In this document: in pieces, positions 44,278 to 54,713 of the stretch
Position numbering within the stretch: the stretch's first letter is position 1
Layout: each line of letters begins with the position of its first letter
Source of the DNA: Eikenella longinqua
GTDB lineage: Bacteria > Pseudomonadota > Gammaproteobacteria > Burkholderiales > Neisseriaceae
Assembly: GCF_001648355.1 (NCBI RefSeq)
Contig: NZ_LXSL01000028.1
Span: 45,123-109,122, forward strand
Length of the DNA stretch: 64,000 bases
Direction: 5' to 3'
The notes under the pieces: model-generated
The model's database searches: none
Seen by the model: only the letters and a program-made list of their open reading frames with translations
Told to the model about the DNA's origin: nothing
Translations under genes and position numbers: made by a program

Positions 44278-44936
44278 ACCTCGCCATTTTCGATCTCGAC
44301 CACACCCTCATCAACTGCGACTCCGGCACCGAATGGAGCAACTTCCTGCAAGAAGAAGGCATCTACGACGAAGCCGATATGCAGCGACACCGCCAATTCG
44401 ACCAAGACTACCGCGACGGCTGCCTCGATTTAGACGCCTACCTTGCCTTCATCCTGCGTGCGCTCGCCGAACGCAGCCGCGCCGAGCTTGATGCCATGCA
44501 CCGCGTTTTCATGCAGCGCCACATCCTGCCGCATATCAGCCCGATGGCGCGCCAGCTCGTGGCCGGCCACCGCGACGCCGGCGACAGCCTGCTGCTGATT
44601 TCCGCCACCAACGAATTCATCATCACCCCCATCGCCCGCGAATTCGGCATCGGCGAAGTGATCGGCATCCGCCTGGAAACCGACGCCAAAGGCAACTACA
44701 CCGGCCATTATCTCGGCACGCCCAGCTTCCAGGCCGGCAAAGTCACCCGCCTGCAACAATGGCTCGCTGAGCGCGGCCAAACCCAAGCCGACTACGAAAA
44801 AATCTATTTCTACAGCGATTCCCGCAACGACTTGCCGCTTTTGGAACAGGTGAACCAGCCCGTGGCCGTGAACCCCGACCCGGTGCTGCTCGCCGCCGCC
44901 CAGCAGCACGGCTGGCCGGTGTTGAACTTCTTTTAA
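44274..44936 (+). CDS. HAD-IB family hydrolase (SerB-like)
   Basis: 220 aa. DLDHTLI motif I, S/T motif II (ISATNE), K and DSxND motifs. ATGA overlap with hda. Confidence 0.8.
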   Translation: MNLAIFDLDHTLINCDSGTEWSNFLQEEGIYDEADMQRHRQFDQDYRDGCLDLDAYLAFILRALAERSRAELDAMHRVFMQRHILPHISPMARQLVAGHRDAGDSLLLISATNEFIITPIAREFGIGEVIGIRLETDAKGNYTGHYLGTPSFQAGKVTRLQQWLAERGQTQADYEKIYFYSDSRNDLPLLEQVNQPVAVNPDPVLLAAAQQHGWPVLNFF

Positions 44937-45067
44937 GCCTTAGTCGGCCTACGCCTGCTGTGGAAACGTGCGTGCGGAATGCAAAACAGGCTACCTGAAA
45001 ATTTCAGGTAGCCTGTTTTAATGTTATTGGTGTGTTTGGGCTGGGGTTTGCGCCGGCATTCGGATTT

Positions 45068-45406
45068 TCAGGTAGCCTTTTGTTGGGAAAGCACATAATC
45101 GGCCAGGGTTTGGTAGCCGTAGCCTTCGCGGTTAGACAGGGCGGCGGCCAGCTGTTGTTCGCATTCGGCATCGTGCGGATGGGTGGCGAGGCGGGCAAAC
45201 AGTGCGGCGATGTGCTGCGCACCGATTCGGCGGAAGGCGGCGGCGAAGGTTTGGGCGGGGTATTGAGAGCAGAATTCGGCGCCCATGTCGGCGAGCAATT
45301 CGGCTTCGGCAACGAGGAATACGGTTTGCTGCCAAAGCTTGAGCCGGTCGAGGCCGTGTTGCGAGCCTTCGTTGATGGCGGCTTCGATGGCGGCTGCGGC
45401 GTCCAT
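45068..45406 (-). CDS. Hypothetical protein
   Basis: About 112 aa from MDAAAAIEAAINEG. The track ORF extends to 45433 and overlaps the cutA 3' end. No family recognised. Confidence 0.4.
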   Translation of the reverse strand: MDAAAAIEAAINEGSQHGLDRLKLWQQTVFLVAEAELLADMGAEFCSQYPAQTFAAAFRRIGAQHIAALFARLATHPHDAECEQQLAAALSNREGYGYQTLADYVLSQQKAT

Positions 45407-45728
45407 CACGGGGCGAGGTTGTCTTGCAGCCATTGCAGGTAGCCTGCGGCGCCGCCGGATACGCGCAACAGCAGGATTTGCGGGCAGTCGTAGGGGTGGT
45501 GCTCAAGGATGAGGCGTTCGACGGCGGGGTAGTGGCGGGTGTCGGTTTTGATGGTGAGGCGGATTTCTTCGTCGCGGCAGATTTCGCCCTGCCAGCGGTA
45601 TTGGCTTTGGATGGCTTAGTATTGCACGCAGGCGGCGAGGCGCTGTTGCAGCAGCAGGCTGCCGATGCGTTCGGCTTCGGCTTGGCCGGGGCAGGTGGTG
45701 AGGACGATGGCGGGTTGGCTGGCGGGCA
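45405..45728 (-). pseudogene. cutA: Divalent-cation tolerance protein CutA with an in-frame TAA
   Basis: Minus-strand translation MPASQPAIVLTTCPGQAEAERIGSLLLQQRLAACVQY*AIQSQYRWQGEICRDEEIRLTIKTD...HHPYDCPQILLLRVSGGAAGYLQWLQDNLAP. TAA at about 45611-45613 interrupts the conserved AAC...YxWxG core. Confidence 0.6.
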
Positions 45729-45879
45729 TGGTATGTGGGGCGTTTGGTTTCAGGTAGCCTTGGCATGCGCTGCGAGCTACCTGAAAAGTGGTTTGGGTTT
45801 TTCAGGTAGCCTTCCCAATGCTTGGGGCTACCTGAAAATAAACGAAGTGAGTTTCAGCGAAGCGAAAAATATGGCGGCT

Positions 45880-46515
45880 TTATTTTTCCAGCACGCCGGG
45901 CACAAAGCGCAGCAGGGTGTCGCGCAGGGGGATGAGTTTGCCGTGGAAGAAGTGGGAGGATTGGGGCAGCACGACCACGGGGATGTCTTGCGGGGCGGTC
46001 CAGGAGAGCGCGTTGGCGAGGGGGACGACTTCATCAATTTCGCCGTGCACCACGAGGGTGTGGGCGGGGTCGGCGGCCTGTGCGGCGGGCGTTTCGTACA
46101 TGCCGACGGCGGGGCCGATGAGCACGAGGGCGTCGGGGCGGCGCTGTTGGGCGGCAAACAGGCTCACGTAGCCGCCGAAGGAGAAGCCGGAAATGAGGAG
46201 TTGGGCGGCTTGCAGGTGTTGGCTTTGGGCGTAGTCGATCACGGCTAGGCAGTCGTCGGTTTCGCCGCGGCCGTAGTCGTGTTCGCCTTCGCTTTCGCCC
46301 ACGCCGCGCAGGTTGGGCAGGTAGCAGTGGAAGCCGAGGCGGGCATAGACTTTGGCGGCGGTTTGGATAACTTTGTTGGTGAAGGTGCCGCCGTGCAGGG
46401 GGTTGGGGTGGTTGATAACGGCCACGCCGCGCTCGGGGGCTTCGGGCGGCAGGTAGATGGTGTGCAGGCGGCCGGCGGGGCCGTTGATCCAGAGGAGGTG
46501 TTGGGGGGGGAGCAT
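45880..46515 (-). CDS. Alpha/beta-fold hydrolase (dienelactone-hydrolase/BAAT-like)
   Basis: 211 aa. GFSFGG nucleophile elbow, downstream Asp and His. Confidence 0.7.
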   Translation of the reverse strand: MLPPQHLLWINGPAGRLHTIYLPPEAPERGVAVINHPNPLHGGTFTNKVIQTAAKVYARLGFHCYLPNLRGVGESEGEHDYGRGETDDCLAVIDYAQSQHLQAAQLLISGFSFGGYVSLFAAQQRRPDALVLIGPAVGMYETPAAQAADPAHTLVVHGEIDEVVPLANALSWTAPQDIPVVVLPQSSHFFHGKLIPLRDTLLRFVPGVLEK

Positions 46516-46629
46516 GGTGGTTCTCTTTGTTTGTTAAAGGGTTTGGGTTTTCAGGTAGCCTGATGAAGGGCTGGAAGGCTACCTGAAAATTATATACGGG
46601 TTGATACGGATTACGCGGCGGGCAGTAGG

Positions 46630-48156
46630 CTAGGCCTGGCCGAGAAACAGGCGGTAGGCGGCGTTGCCGGTTTGCTCGGTGTGCACGTAGCCGAGCTCTT
46701 GCAGGAAGGTGGCGAAGGCTTGTCTGTCGGCCGGCGGCACGTCGGTGCCCACCAGCACGCGGCCGTAGTCGGAGCCGTGGTTGCGGTAGTGGAAGAGGGT
46801 GATGTTCCAGCCGCTCTGCATGCGGCCGAGGAAGTAGGCCAGGGCGCCGGGGCGTTCGGGAAATTCGAAGCTGAAGAGGCGCTCGTGGGCGACTTTGTTG
46901 GTGCGACCGCCCACCATGTAGCGGATGTGGATTTTGGCGGTTTCGTCTTCGGTGAGGTCGGTGTTGGGCAGGCCGGCGGCGGTGAGCTCGGCGCTGATGG
47001 CGGCAAGGTCGGCGGCACCGCGGCTTTGGATGCCCACGAAGATGTGGGCGGTGGCGTCGTCGCCGTAGCGGTAGTTGAACTCGGTGATGTTGCGGCTGCC
47101 CAATACGTTGATAAATTTTAGGAAGCTGCCGGGCTCTTCGGGAATCGACACGGCGAAGATGCCTTCGTTGCCTTCGCCCAGCTCGCTGCGCTCGGACACA
47201 TGGCGCAGGCGGTGGAAATTGATGTTGGCGCCGCTGGTAACGGCAATCAGGGTTTGGCCTTGCGCCTGCTCGCGGGCGATGTAGGCCTTGAGCCCGGCCA
47301 GGGCCAGCGCGCCGGCGGGCTCACAGATGCTACGGGTGTCGTCGAAAATGTCTTTGAGCGCGCCGCAGATGGCATCGGTGTCCACGGTGATGATGTCGTC
47401 TAAGAGCTCGCGGCACAGGCGGAAGGTTTCTTCGCCCACCAGCTTCACGGCGGTGCCGTCGGAGAAGAGGCCTACGTCTTTGAGCTCAACCAGGCGGCCG
47501 TGTTGGATAGAAGTTTTCATGGCGCAGGAATCGTGGGTTTGCACGCCAATAACTTTGATTTCGGGGCGCACCTGCTTGATGAACACGGCTACGCCGGCTG
47601 CCAGCCCGCCGCCGCCGATGGGCACGAACACGGCATCGATCGGCTTGGAGTGTTGGCGCACGATTTCCAGCCCGATGGTGCCTTGGCCGGCGATCACGTC
47701 GGGGTCGTCGAAGGGCGGGATATAGGTTTGGCCGCTCGCGGCGGCAAGCTTTACGGCGTGGTCGTAGGCATCATTGAACGACACGCCTTTGAGCACCACT
47801 TTGCCGCCACGCGAGCGCACTGCGTCCACCTTGATCTGCGGCGTGGTTTCCGGCATCACGATGGTGGCCTCGCAGCCGAGCTTTTGCGCGGAAAGTGCCA
47901 CGCCCTGCGCGTGGTTGCCGGCGCTGGCGGTAATCACGCCTTTTTGCAGCAGCTCGGGTGGCAGCTTAGCCATTTTGTTATATGCGCCGCGGATTTTGAA
48001 GGAAAACACCGGCTGTAGGTCTTCGCGCTTGAGCAGGATGCGGTTGCCGCTGCGCGCGGAGAGGTTGCGGGCGAAGTCGAGCGGGGTTTCGGCAGCCACG
48101 TCGTAAACGGAGGCGGTGAGGATGTGGGTGAGGTAGTCGGTGTGATCTTGCGGCAT
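46630..48156 (-). CDS. ilvA: Biosynthetic threonine ammonia-lyase (threonine dehydratase) with two regulatory domains
   Basis: Start MPQDHTDYL. PLP-lysine SFKIRGAY. Two C-terminal ACT-like domains. Confidence 0.9.
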   Translation of the reverse strand: MPQDHTDYLTHILTASVYDVAAETPLDFARNLSARSGNRILLKREDLQPVFSFKIRGAYNKMAKLPPELLQKGVITASAGNHAQGVALSAQKLGCEATIVMPETTPQIKVDAVRSRGGKVVLKGVSFNDAYDHAVKLAAASGQTYIPPFDDPDVIAGQGTIGLEIVRQHSKPIDAVFVPIGGGGLAAGVAVFIKQVRPEIKVIGVQTHDSCAMKTSIQHGRLVELKDVGLFSDGTAVKLVGEETFRLCRELLDDIITVDTDAICGALKDIFDDTRSICEPAGALALAGLKAYIAREQAQGQTLIAVTSGANINFHRLRHVSERSELGEGNEGIFAVSIPEEPGSFLKFINVLGSRNITEFNYRYGDDATAHIFVGIQSRGAADLAAISAELTAAGLPNTDLTEDETAKIHIRYMVGGRTNKVAHERLFSFEFPERPGALAYFLGRMQSGWNITLFHYRNHGSDYGRVLVGTDVPPADRQAFATFLQELGYVHTEQTGNAAYRLFLGQA

Positions 48157-48334
48157 GATGATGCGGAAATAGGGCGGAAAAAGCGGCAAGATACTCCGAT
48201 TGCGCCGCCGCTGGCAAGAAAAATCAGGTTAAACGCTTAGCAAGGCAGGCTTGAGCGGCTATAATCGGCGCGATTTTGCCCACGGCTCGGCCGCCCAAAG
48301 GCTACCTGAAAAATGTGGCTGCGGCGTCAGCGAA

Positions 48335-48462
48335 ACATCGTTTTGGCTCCGCAGAAACTCTGCTTCCTTCGGAAACATCGGTCCACTTCGTTGAAGCTCA
48401 TGCTTTAGCTTCGCAGAAACTCAGCCTTGGTTTCGCCAAGACATCATTTTCAGGTAGCCTCC
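48335..48462. repeat. Composite small-repeat element ending in a DUS
   Basis: CATCGTTTTGGCTCCGCAGAAACTCTGCTTCCTTCGGAAACATCGGTCCACTTCGTTGAAGCTCATGCTTTAGCTTCGCAGAAACTCAGCCTTGG...TTTTCAGGTAGCC. Confidence 0.6.
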
Positions 48463-48508
48463 CGCCGGGACGAAGCAAACCAATCCAACCAAACCCACAG
48501 ACAATGCA

Positions 48509-49753
48509 ATGAACCAGAAACTCACCCTCCTCACCGTCTCCCTCATCCTCGCCGGCTGGCAGGCGCAAGCCGCGCCGCAGGCTGCTTCTGCTGCCAGCCC
48601 AGCCTCTGCGCCCGCCGCCGCATCCGCCCCGGCCGCCGCTGCCAACTCGGCTTCCGCCCAGCCCGCCGTCGTGGGGCTACCTGAAATCAAAGCCTCCGCC
48701 TATGCCGTGTTTGACGCGCAAAGCGGCCAAATGCTCGCTGCGCACAAGATAAACGAGCACGTCGAGCCCGCCTCGCTCACCAAGCTGATGACTGCCTATT
48801 TGGTGTTCAAAGCGCTGGAAGAAGGCAAGCTCAAGCCCGAGCAAACCTTCACCGTATCCGAGCAGGGTTGGAAAGTGGAAGGCTCGCGCATGTTCCTCGA
48901 TCCGAAAACCCCCGCCAGCGTAAACGACCTGCTCAAAGGCCTGATTGTGCAATCCGGCAACGACGCCTCCATCACCCTGGCCGAAGCCGTGGCCGGCACC
49001 GAAGCGCAGTTTGTGCAGCTGATGAACGCCGAAGCCAAACGGCTCGGCATGCGCGACACCAATTTTGAAAACAGCACCGGCCTGCCCGGCGCTCAGCACT
49101 ACACCTCGGTGCAGGATTTAATCACCCTCTCCGACGCCATCATCCGCGACTACCCGCAATACTACCCGCTCTACGCCATCCAATCCTTCAGCTACAACAA
49201 CATCACCCAGCCCAACCGCAACCTGCTGCTCTACCGCGACCCGGATGTGGACGGCATGAAAACCGGCCACACCGACAGCGCCGGCTACAACCTGGTCGCC
49301 TCCAGCAAGCGCAACGGCCGCCGCGTGATTTCCGTGGTGGTGGGCACCGAAAGCATGCAGGCGCGCGCCGCCGAGAGCAGCAAACTGCTCAACTGGGCGC
49401 TGCAAGCCTACGACACGCCCAAGCTCTATGACGCCGGCACCGCCATTTCGCAGGTGAAGCTGTATAAAGGCGCGGAAAACGCTGTGAACGTGGGCTTCCT
49501 CGACGCCACCTACATCAGCGTGCCGCACGGCCAGGCGGCGCAGCTTAAGCCGGTGCTGGAAACTGTGCAGCCCGTGCTCGCGCCGATTACCAAAGGCCAG
49601 GTGCTCGGCACGGTGAAATTCATGGACGCGCAAAACCGCGTGGTGGCGCAGAAAGACGTGGTGGCGCTGGAAGACGTGGCCGAAGCCGGCTTCTTCGGCC
49701 GCCTGTGGGACAGCATCGTGCTGTGGTTTAAGAGCATGTTTAGCGGCTCTTAA
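48509..49753 (+). CDS. dacC: D-alanyl-D-alanine carboxypeptidase (PBP5/6 family)
   Basis: 414 aa. Signal peptide, Ala-rich linker, SLTK (SxxK), SGN and KTG motifs. A DUS is in the coding sequence. Confidence 0.85.
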   Translation: MNQKLTLLTVSLILAGWQAQAAPQAASAASPASAPAAASAPAAAANSASAQPAVVGLPEIKASAYAVFDAQSGQMLAAHKINEHVEPASLTKLMTAYLVFKALEEGKLKPEQTFTVSEQGWKVEGSRMFLDPKTPASVNDLLKGLIVQSGNDASITLAEAVAGTEAQFVQLMNAEAKRLGMRDTNFENSTGLPGAQHYTSVQDLITLSDAIIRDYPQYYPLYAIQSFSYNNITQPNRNLLLYRDPDVDGMKTGHTDSAGYNLVASSKRNGRRVISVVVGTESMQARAAESSKLLNWALQAYDTPKLYDAGTAISQVKLYKGAENAVNVGFLDATYISVPHGQAAQLKPVLETVQPVLAPITKGQVLGTVKFMDAQNRVVAQKDVVALEDVAEAGFFGRLWDSIVLWFKSMFSGS

Positions 49754-49856
49754 CGCGGCTTGATTGGCGAATAAAGGCTACCTGAAAACGCAGCGCAGCG
49801 GAGTTTCTGCGGAGCTAAAATTTTCAGATAGCCTTTGTTTTACCGGCAGGCGGGGG

Positions 49857-51665
49857 TTAGCCTTCTTTCTGCTCGCTTGCTTTTTGGCGCAGGCGCAGGT
49901 GCAGTTCGCGCAGTTGGAGTTCGTCCACATGGTTGGGGGCGTCCACCAGCAAGTCTTGCGCGCGCTGGGTTTTGGGGAAGGCGATCACGTCGCGGATGGA
50001 TTCGGCTTGCGCCATCAGTGCCACCAAGCGGTCGAGGCCGAAGGCCAGGCCGCCGTGTGGGGGCGCACCGAATTTCAGGTTATCGAGCAGGAAGCCGAAT
50101 TTGTTTTGCTGCTCTTCGGGCGTGATTTTCAGCGCGGCGAACACTTTTTCCTGAATGTCGGCGCGGTGGATACGGATGGAGCCGCCGCCGATTTCCCAGC
50201 CGTTGAGCACCATATCGTAGGCGCGGGCGAGGCAGTTTTCGGGGTCGGATGCCATCAGATCTTCGTGGCCGGGCTTGGGCGAGGTGAAGGGGTGGTGCAT
50301 GGCGGCCCAGCGGTCGTTTTCCTCGTCGTATTCGAACATGGGGAAATCGACCACCCACAAGGGTTTCCATTCGTCCACGAAGTAGCCGTTTTCTGCGCCG
50401 TGCTCTTTGCCGATTTTGATGCGCAGCGCGCCGATGGCTTCGTTTACCACTTTGGCTTTGTCTGCGCCGAAGAAAATGATGTCGCCGTTTTGCGCGCCGG
50501 TGCGCTCGATGATTTCCTTCAAGGCGGCTTCAGACAGAAATTTGACGATGGGCGATTGCAGGCCGCTGTTTTCGCCGTTGCTCAAATTGCTTACGTCGTT
50601 CACTTTGATATACGCCAAGCCTTTGGCGCCGTAGATGGCCACGAAGTTGGTGTATTCGTCGATTTCCTTGCGGCTGAGTTTCGCGCCGTTGGGCACGCGC
50701 AGCGCCACCACACGGCCGCCTTTCATGTCTGCCGCGCCACGGAACACTTTGAATTCTTCCGTTTTCATCAAATCGGTCAGCTCGGTGAATTTCAGGCTGA
50801 TGCGCATATCGGGCTTGTCGGAGCCGTAGTAGAACATGGCATCGCGGTATTCCATGCGCGGGAAATCGCCGAGGGTAACGTTCATGGTGTTTTGGAAGAT
50901 TTCCTTCACCATGCCTTCGGTGATGTCCATGATTTCGTTTTCGGAGAGGAAGGAGGTTTCTAAGTCGATTTGGGTGAATTCAGGCTGGCGGTCGGCGCGC
51001 AAGTCTTCGTCGCGGAAGCATTTGGTGATTTGATAATAACGGTCGAAACCGGCCACCATCAGCAATTGTTTGAACAACTGCGGCGACTGCGGCAGGGCGA
51101 AAAATTCGCCGGGATGCACGCGGCTGGGCACGAGATAGTCGCGCGCGCCTTCGGGGGTGGAGCGGGTGAGCATCGGGGTTTCGATGTCGATGAAGCCCTG
51201 CGCGTCCAGATAGCGGCGCACGCCCATGGCTACCTGATAACGCAGGCGCAGGTTGCGCTGCATCACGGGGCGGCGCAGGTCGATGACGCGGTTTTGCAGG
51301 CGCACGGTTTCGCTGATGTTTTCGTCGTCAATCATAAACGGCGGCGTGGCGGCGGGGTTCAGGATTTCGATTTCTTTGGCCAAGATTTCGATTTTGCCGG
51401 ACACCATTTTGTCGTTGGTGGTGCCTTCGGGGCGGTTGCGCACGCGGCCGGTAATGCTCAACACGTATTCGTTGCGGGCGGAATCGGCAAGCTTGAAGGC
51501 TTCGGGGGTGTCGGGGTCGATGACGACTTGCACGATGCCTTCGCGGTCGCGCAGGTCGATGAAAATCACGCCGCCGTGGTCGCGCCGGCGGTGTACCCAG
51601 CCTTTCACGGTTACGGTTTGGTCTAGGTATTGCTCGCTGATGAGGCCGCAGTAGTTGGTACGCAT
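49857..51665 (-). CDS. aspS: Aspartate--tRNA ligase
   Basis: 602 aa. N-terminal OB fold ([23 protein letters not shown]), class II motifs, [16 protein letters not shown]. Confidence 0.95.
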   Translation of the reverse strand: MRTNYCGLISEQYLDQTVTVKGWVHRRRDHGGVIFIDLRDREGIVQVVIDPDTPEAFKLADSARNEYVLSITGRVRNRPEGTTNDKMVSGKIEILAKEIEILNPAATPPFMIDDENISETVRLQNRVIDLRRPVMQRNLRLRYQVAMGVRRYLDAQGFIDIETPMLTRSTPEGARDYLVPSRVHPGEFFALPQSPQLFKQLLMVAGFDRYYQITKCFRDEDLRADRQPEFTQIDLETSFLSENEIMDITEGMVKEIFQNTMNVTLGDFPRMEYRDAMFYYGSDKPDMRISLKFTELTDLMKTEEFKVFRGAADMKGGRVVALRVPNGAKLSRKEIDEYTNFVAIYGAKGLAYIKVNDVSNLSNGENSGLQSPIVKFLSEAALKEIIERTGAQNGDIIFFGADKAKVVNEAIGALRIKIGKEHGAENGYFVDEWKPLWVVDFPMFEYDEENDRWAAMHHPFTSPKPGHEDLMASDPENCLARAYDMVLNGWEIGGGSIRIHRADIQEKVFAALKITPEEQQNKFGFLLDNLKFGAPPHGGLAFGLDRLVALMAQAESIRDVIAFPKTQRAQDLLVDAPNHVDELQLRELHLRLRQKASEQKEG

Positions 51666-51768
51666 TTCGGTGTTTCCTGAAAGTGTTTTGTTAAACGATA
51701 AGGGCTAATTGTAAAGGTTTGCGGGGTTTTCAGGTAGCTTTTGGAACCGGCAGGGGCTACCTGAAAAA

Positions 51769-52464
51769 TCATTCGGCAGGCTCGGGCAGCTTGGCCGGGG
51801 CGGGGGCTTTGCCGTTGGGTTTGTGGTCGTTGGGGGCAACCATGCCCAGCGAAATCACATATTTCAGCGCTTCGTCCACGCTCATGGCCAGGGGGCGGAC
51901 GTCTTGTTTGCGCACGAAGATGTAGTAGCCGCCGGTGGGGTTGGGCGTGGTGGGCACGTATACGGACAGGTATTCTGTGTTTTCAGGTAGCCCTTGCAGC
52001 AGCGATTCGGAAAGGCTGCCGGATACGAAGGCGATGGTCCAGATATCGGGCTGCGGGAAGGGCACGAGCACGGGGGTTTTGAAGGAGCGGCTGTTGTCAG
52101 AGAGCAGGCTCTCGGACACTTTTTTCACGCTGGAATAGATAGATTTCACCACGGGAATGCGCCCGAGCAGGCTGTCCCAGCCTTCGATTACTTTGCGCCC
52201 GAGCACGTTGGCGCCGAGCACGCCGGTGATAAACAGCACGACGATGGCGAGGATGAAGCCGAGGCCGGGGATGTTGAAGCCGAGGTAGCTTTCCGGCTGC
52301 CATTGGCTGGGCAGCAGGTTGAAGAGGTGGTCGGTGGTGGAAACGATGTAGGTCACCACCCAAAGGGTGATGGTGATGGGCAGCCAAACCAGGAGGCCGG
52401 TAATCAGGTAGCGTTTGATGGCTTTGCCGATGCCGCTGCTTTCTGACGGGGTGTGCTCGCTCAT
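51769..52464 (-). CDS. DUF502-family membrane protein
   Basis: 231 aa. Two N-terminal TM helices, then a DUF502-like region (GRIPVVKSIYSSVKKVSESL) and a Pro/Ala-rich tail. Confidence 0.7.
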   Translation of the reverse strand: MSEHTPSESSGIGKAIKRYLITGLLVWLPITITLWVVTYIVSTTDHLFNLLPSQWQPESYLGFNIPGLGFILAIVVLFITGVLGANVLGRKVIEGWDSLLGRIPVVKSIYSSVKKVSESLLSDNSRSFKTPVLVPFPQPDIWTIAFVSGSLSESLLQGLPENTEYLSVYVPTTPNPTGGYYIFVRKQDVRPLAMSVDEALKYVISLGMVAPNDHKPNGKAPAPAKLPEPAE

Positions 52465-52743
52465 GCCGGTGTGCGGGGAGGGTGTGGTAAAAATGGCGCA
52501 TTATACGCGCTTGCGGCGCAAGAAACGAGTGTTTGGGCATGAAAGGCTACCTGAAAATCCAGCCCGGCTGAAACCTGCTCTGCGAAACCAAAGCGCCTCT
52601 GCTTGAACAGGAGAGCGGAATGTGCGCCGGCGGACAAGGCGTTGAATCGGAGGAAGGAGCTTGCCGGGCCGGGCGGGCGGCAGCTTTGGTTTCGCAGAGC
52701 AGGCTTGGTTTTCAGGTAGCCCTGATTTCAGATGGCCCGCGGG

Positions 52744-52869
52744 CTAGCGCTGCCTGGCTTTGAAGCGCGGGTTGGTTTTGCAGATAACGTATACTTTGCC
52801 GCGGCGGCGCACTACTTGGCAGTCGCGGTGGCGGGTTTTGGCGGTTTTGAGGGAGGAGAGCACTTGCAT
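52744..52869 (-). CDS. rpmJ: 50S ribosomal protein L36, zinc-independent paralog (type B)
   Basis: 41 aa. [41 protein letters not shown]. Below the track cutoff. Lies 2 nt after rpmE2. Confidence 0.8.
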   Translation of the reverse strand: MQVLSSLKTAKTRHRDCQVVRRRGKVYVICKTNPRFKARQR

Positions 52870-52870
52870 T

Positions 52871-53143
52871 TCAGTTGTCCTTTTTTAGGGCGGCCATCAT
52901 GTTGCCGTAGCGTTGGTTGAAGGCGCTGGCGCGGCCTTGTTTGTTGTGTTCGCGCTGCTGGCCGGTGTACACGGGATGGGAGGCGGAGGAGGTGTCGAGC
53001 ATGAACACGGGGTATTCCCGGCCGTCTTTCCACTGCATGGTGCTGCCGGTGGGCGCGCAGGATTTGATCAGCCAGCCTTCTTCGGCGCTGCTGTCGTAGA
53101 AAAGGACGGTGCGGTAGTTTGCGGGGTGGATATTGGATTTCAT
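52871..53143 (-). CDS. rpmE2: 50S ribosomal protein L31 type B (non-zinc paralog)
   Basis: Start [17 protein letters not shown].. (90 aa). Lacks the CxxC pairs of zinc-type L31. Confidence 0.85.
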   Translation of the reverse strand: MKSNIHPANYRTVLFYDSSAEEGWLIKSCAPTGSTMQWKDGREYPVFMLDTSSASHPVYTGQQREHNKQGRASAFNQRYGNMMAALKKDN

Positions 53144-53165
53144 GATTTGCCTTTCATGTGTTATA

Positions 53166-53180
53166 CCATAACATTTAATC
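53166..53180. promoter_or_regulatory. Candidate Zur box upstream of rpmE2-rpmJ
   Basis: TGTTATACCATAACA, a palindrome matching the recalled neisserial Zur box TGTTATDNHATAACA. It lies 23 nt upstream of the rpmE2 start. Confidence 0.55.
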
Positions 53181-53314
53181 ACAAGAAGGCGCGTTAGGCA
53201 AGAGTGGTTCGCAATTGGGCTGGGAGAATGTGCAGAGAAAAGGCGTGCGGATTGCGGATAAGGAAACAGGCTACCTGAAAATTTTCAGGTAGCCTGTTTG
53301 CATGAAAGCTTGGT

Positions 53315-54145
53315 TTACAGCTCGGTAACGGCTGCTTTGGTTTGGTCGGCCTTTTCTTGGTGGGTGAAGGGGCCCATGCGCACGAGGTAGCCGCCGTTGC
53401 GCTGCGGCACCATGAATACCTGCTGCGCGGTGTTGTTTACGTGGCGCAGGCGGGTGGTGGCTTTGACTACGTAGTCGTGGGCATCTTTGCGCTGGTCGAA
53501 GCGTTGCAGGTCCACATAAATGTTGCCGGCGGGTTTGGCGGCGGGTTGGGCTTCGGCGCGCGCCTGGCCGGGCAATATCTGCTCGATGTGCACGTTGGCA
53601 GTGCCGGCGTGGATGAAGCCGAGCTGGCGGGCGGCGGATTGGGATACGTCGATCACGCGGCTGCTGTGGAAGGGGCCACGGTCGTTGATGCGCACCACCA
53701 CGCTTTTGCCGTTGGAAAGGTTGGTTACGCGGGCATAGCTGGGGATGGGCAGGGTTTTGTGGGCGGCGGTCATGAGGTTCATATCGTAGCGCTCGCCGGA
53801 GGCGGTGAGGCGGCCGTGGAATTGGCGGCCATACCAGGAGGCGCGGCCGGTTTGGCTGAATTGGCGCACATTGGTCATGGGGGTGTAGCGCACGCCGCGC
53901 ACTTGGTAGCTGCGGTTGGCGGATTGGTGCAGGCGCTCGGGCTTGGCCACGGCGTCTACATGCAGACTGCCCTGGCTGTGGTGTTGCTGCTGGCGGGCGG
54001 CGGGTTTGGCCGGCGCGGCTTTGGGTTCGGCGGCGGCGGTGTTGATGAGGGCGGTGCACAAGCCGATGCAGGCGGTTACACCGATGAAGAAGGCGTTTTT
54101 CAATTTAGCCAAAACAAACTCCGTTTCTTGAGTGGATAGGGTCAT
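53315..54145 (-). CDS. rlpA: Septal ring lytic transglycosylase RlpA (DPBB plus SPOR domains)
   Basis: GRASWYGRQFHGRLTASGERYDMNLMTAAHKTLPIPSYARVTNLSNGKSVVVRINDRGPF and a C-terminal SPOR domain. Lipoprotein signal (..TACIGLC). Start uncertain. Confidence 0.85.
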   Translation of the reverse strand: MTLSTQETEFVLAKLKNAFFIGVTACIGLCTALINTAAAEPKAAPAKPAARQQQHHSQGSLHVDAVAKPERLHQSANRSYQVRGVRYTPMTNVRQFSQTGRASWYGRQFHGRLTASGERYDMNLMTAAHKTLPIPSYARVTNLSNGKSVVVRINDRGPFHSSRVIDVSQSAARQLGFIHAGTANVHIEQILPGQARAEAQPAAKPAGNIYVDLQRFDQRKDAHDYVVKATTRLRHVNNTAQQVFMVPQRNGGYLVRMGPFTHQEKADQTKAAVTEL

Positions 54146-54153
54146 GCCAGCGG

Positions 54154-54618
54154 CTATATGCCGCCTTGGTAGCCGTTTTGCCGCCAGGCTTCGTAGAGCA
54201 TCACGGCCACGGTGTTGGCAAGGTTCATGCTGCGGCTGCCGGGGAGCATGGGCAGGCGCAGTTTTTGGTTTTCAGGTAGCCTGCCGAGGATTTCGGGTGG
54301 CAGGCCGCGGGTTTCGGGACCGAACAGGAATACGTCGCCCGGCCGGAATTCGGCTTGGTCGGGGCGGGTGTGCCCTTTGGTGGTGAGCGCGAAAATGCGG
54401 CGGCCTTCCAAGGCGGCAAGGCAGTCGGCAAAGGTTTCGTGCAGCCGGATTTGGACGAACTCGTGGTAATCCAGCCCGGCGCGTTTCATTTTGGCGGAAT
54501 CCAGCGGGAAGCCGAGCGGTTTCACTAAATGCAAATCGGCGCCACTGTTGGCACAGAGGCGGATGATGTTGCCGGTGTTGGGCGGGATTTCGGGCTGGTA
54601 TAAAACAACGCTGAACAT
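54154..54618 (-). CDS. trmL: tRNA (cytidine/uridine-2'-O)-methyltransferase TrmL (SpoU family)
   Basis: 154 aa. MFSVVLYQPEIPPNTGNIIRLCANSG. SPOUT knot motifs. Confidence 0.9.
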   Translation of the reverse strand: MFSVVLYQPEIPPNTGNIIRLCANSGADLHLVKPLGFPLDSAKMKRAGLDYHEFVQIRLHETFADCLAALEGRRIFALTTKGHTRPDQAEFRPGDVFLFGPETRGLPPEILGRLPENQKLRLPMLPGSRSMNLANTVAVMLYEAWRQNGYQGGI

Positions 54619-54713
54619 GAAACGTGCAAATAAATTTGGCTGATTTATTGCAAATCAGCCGCTTGGAAACGGGAGGCATGATGCCGTAGCGGGGCGGGTC
54701 GGTCAAATTTTTT

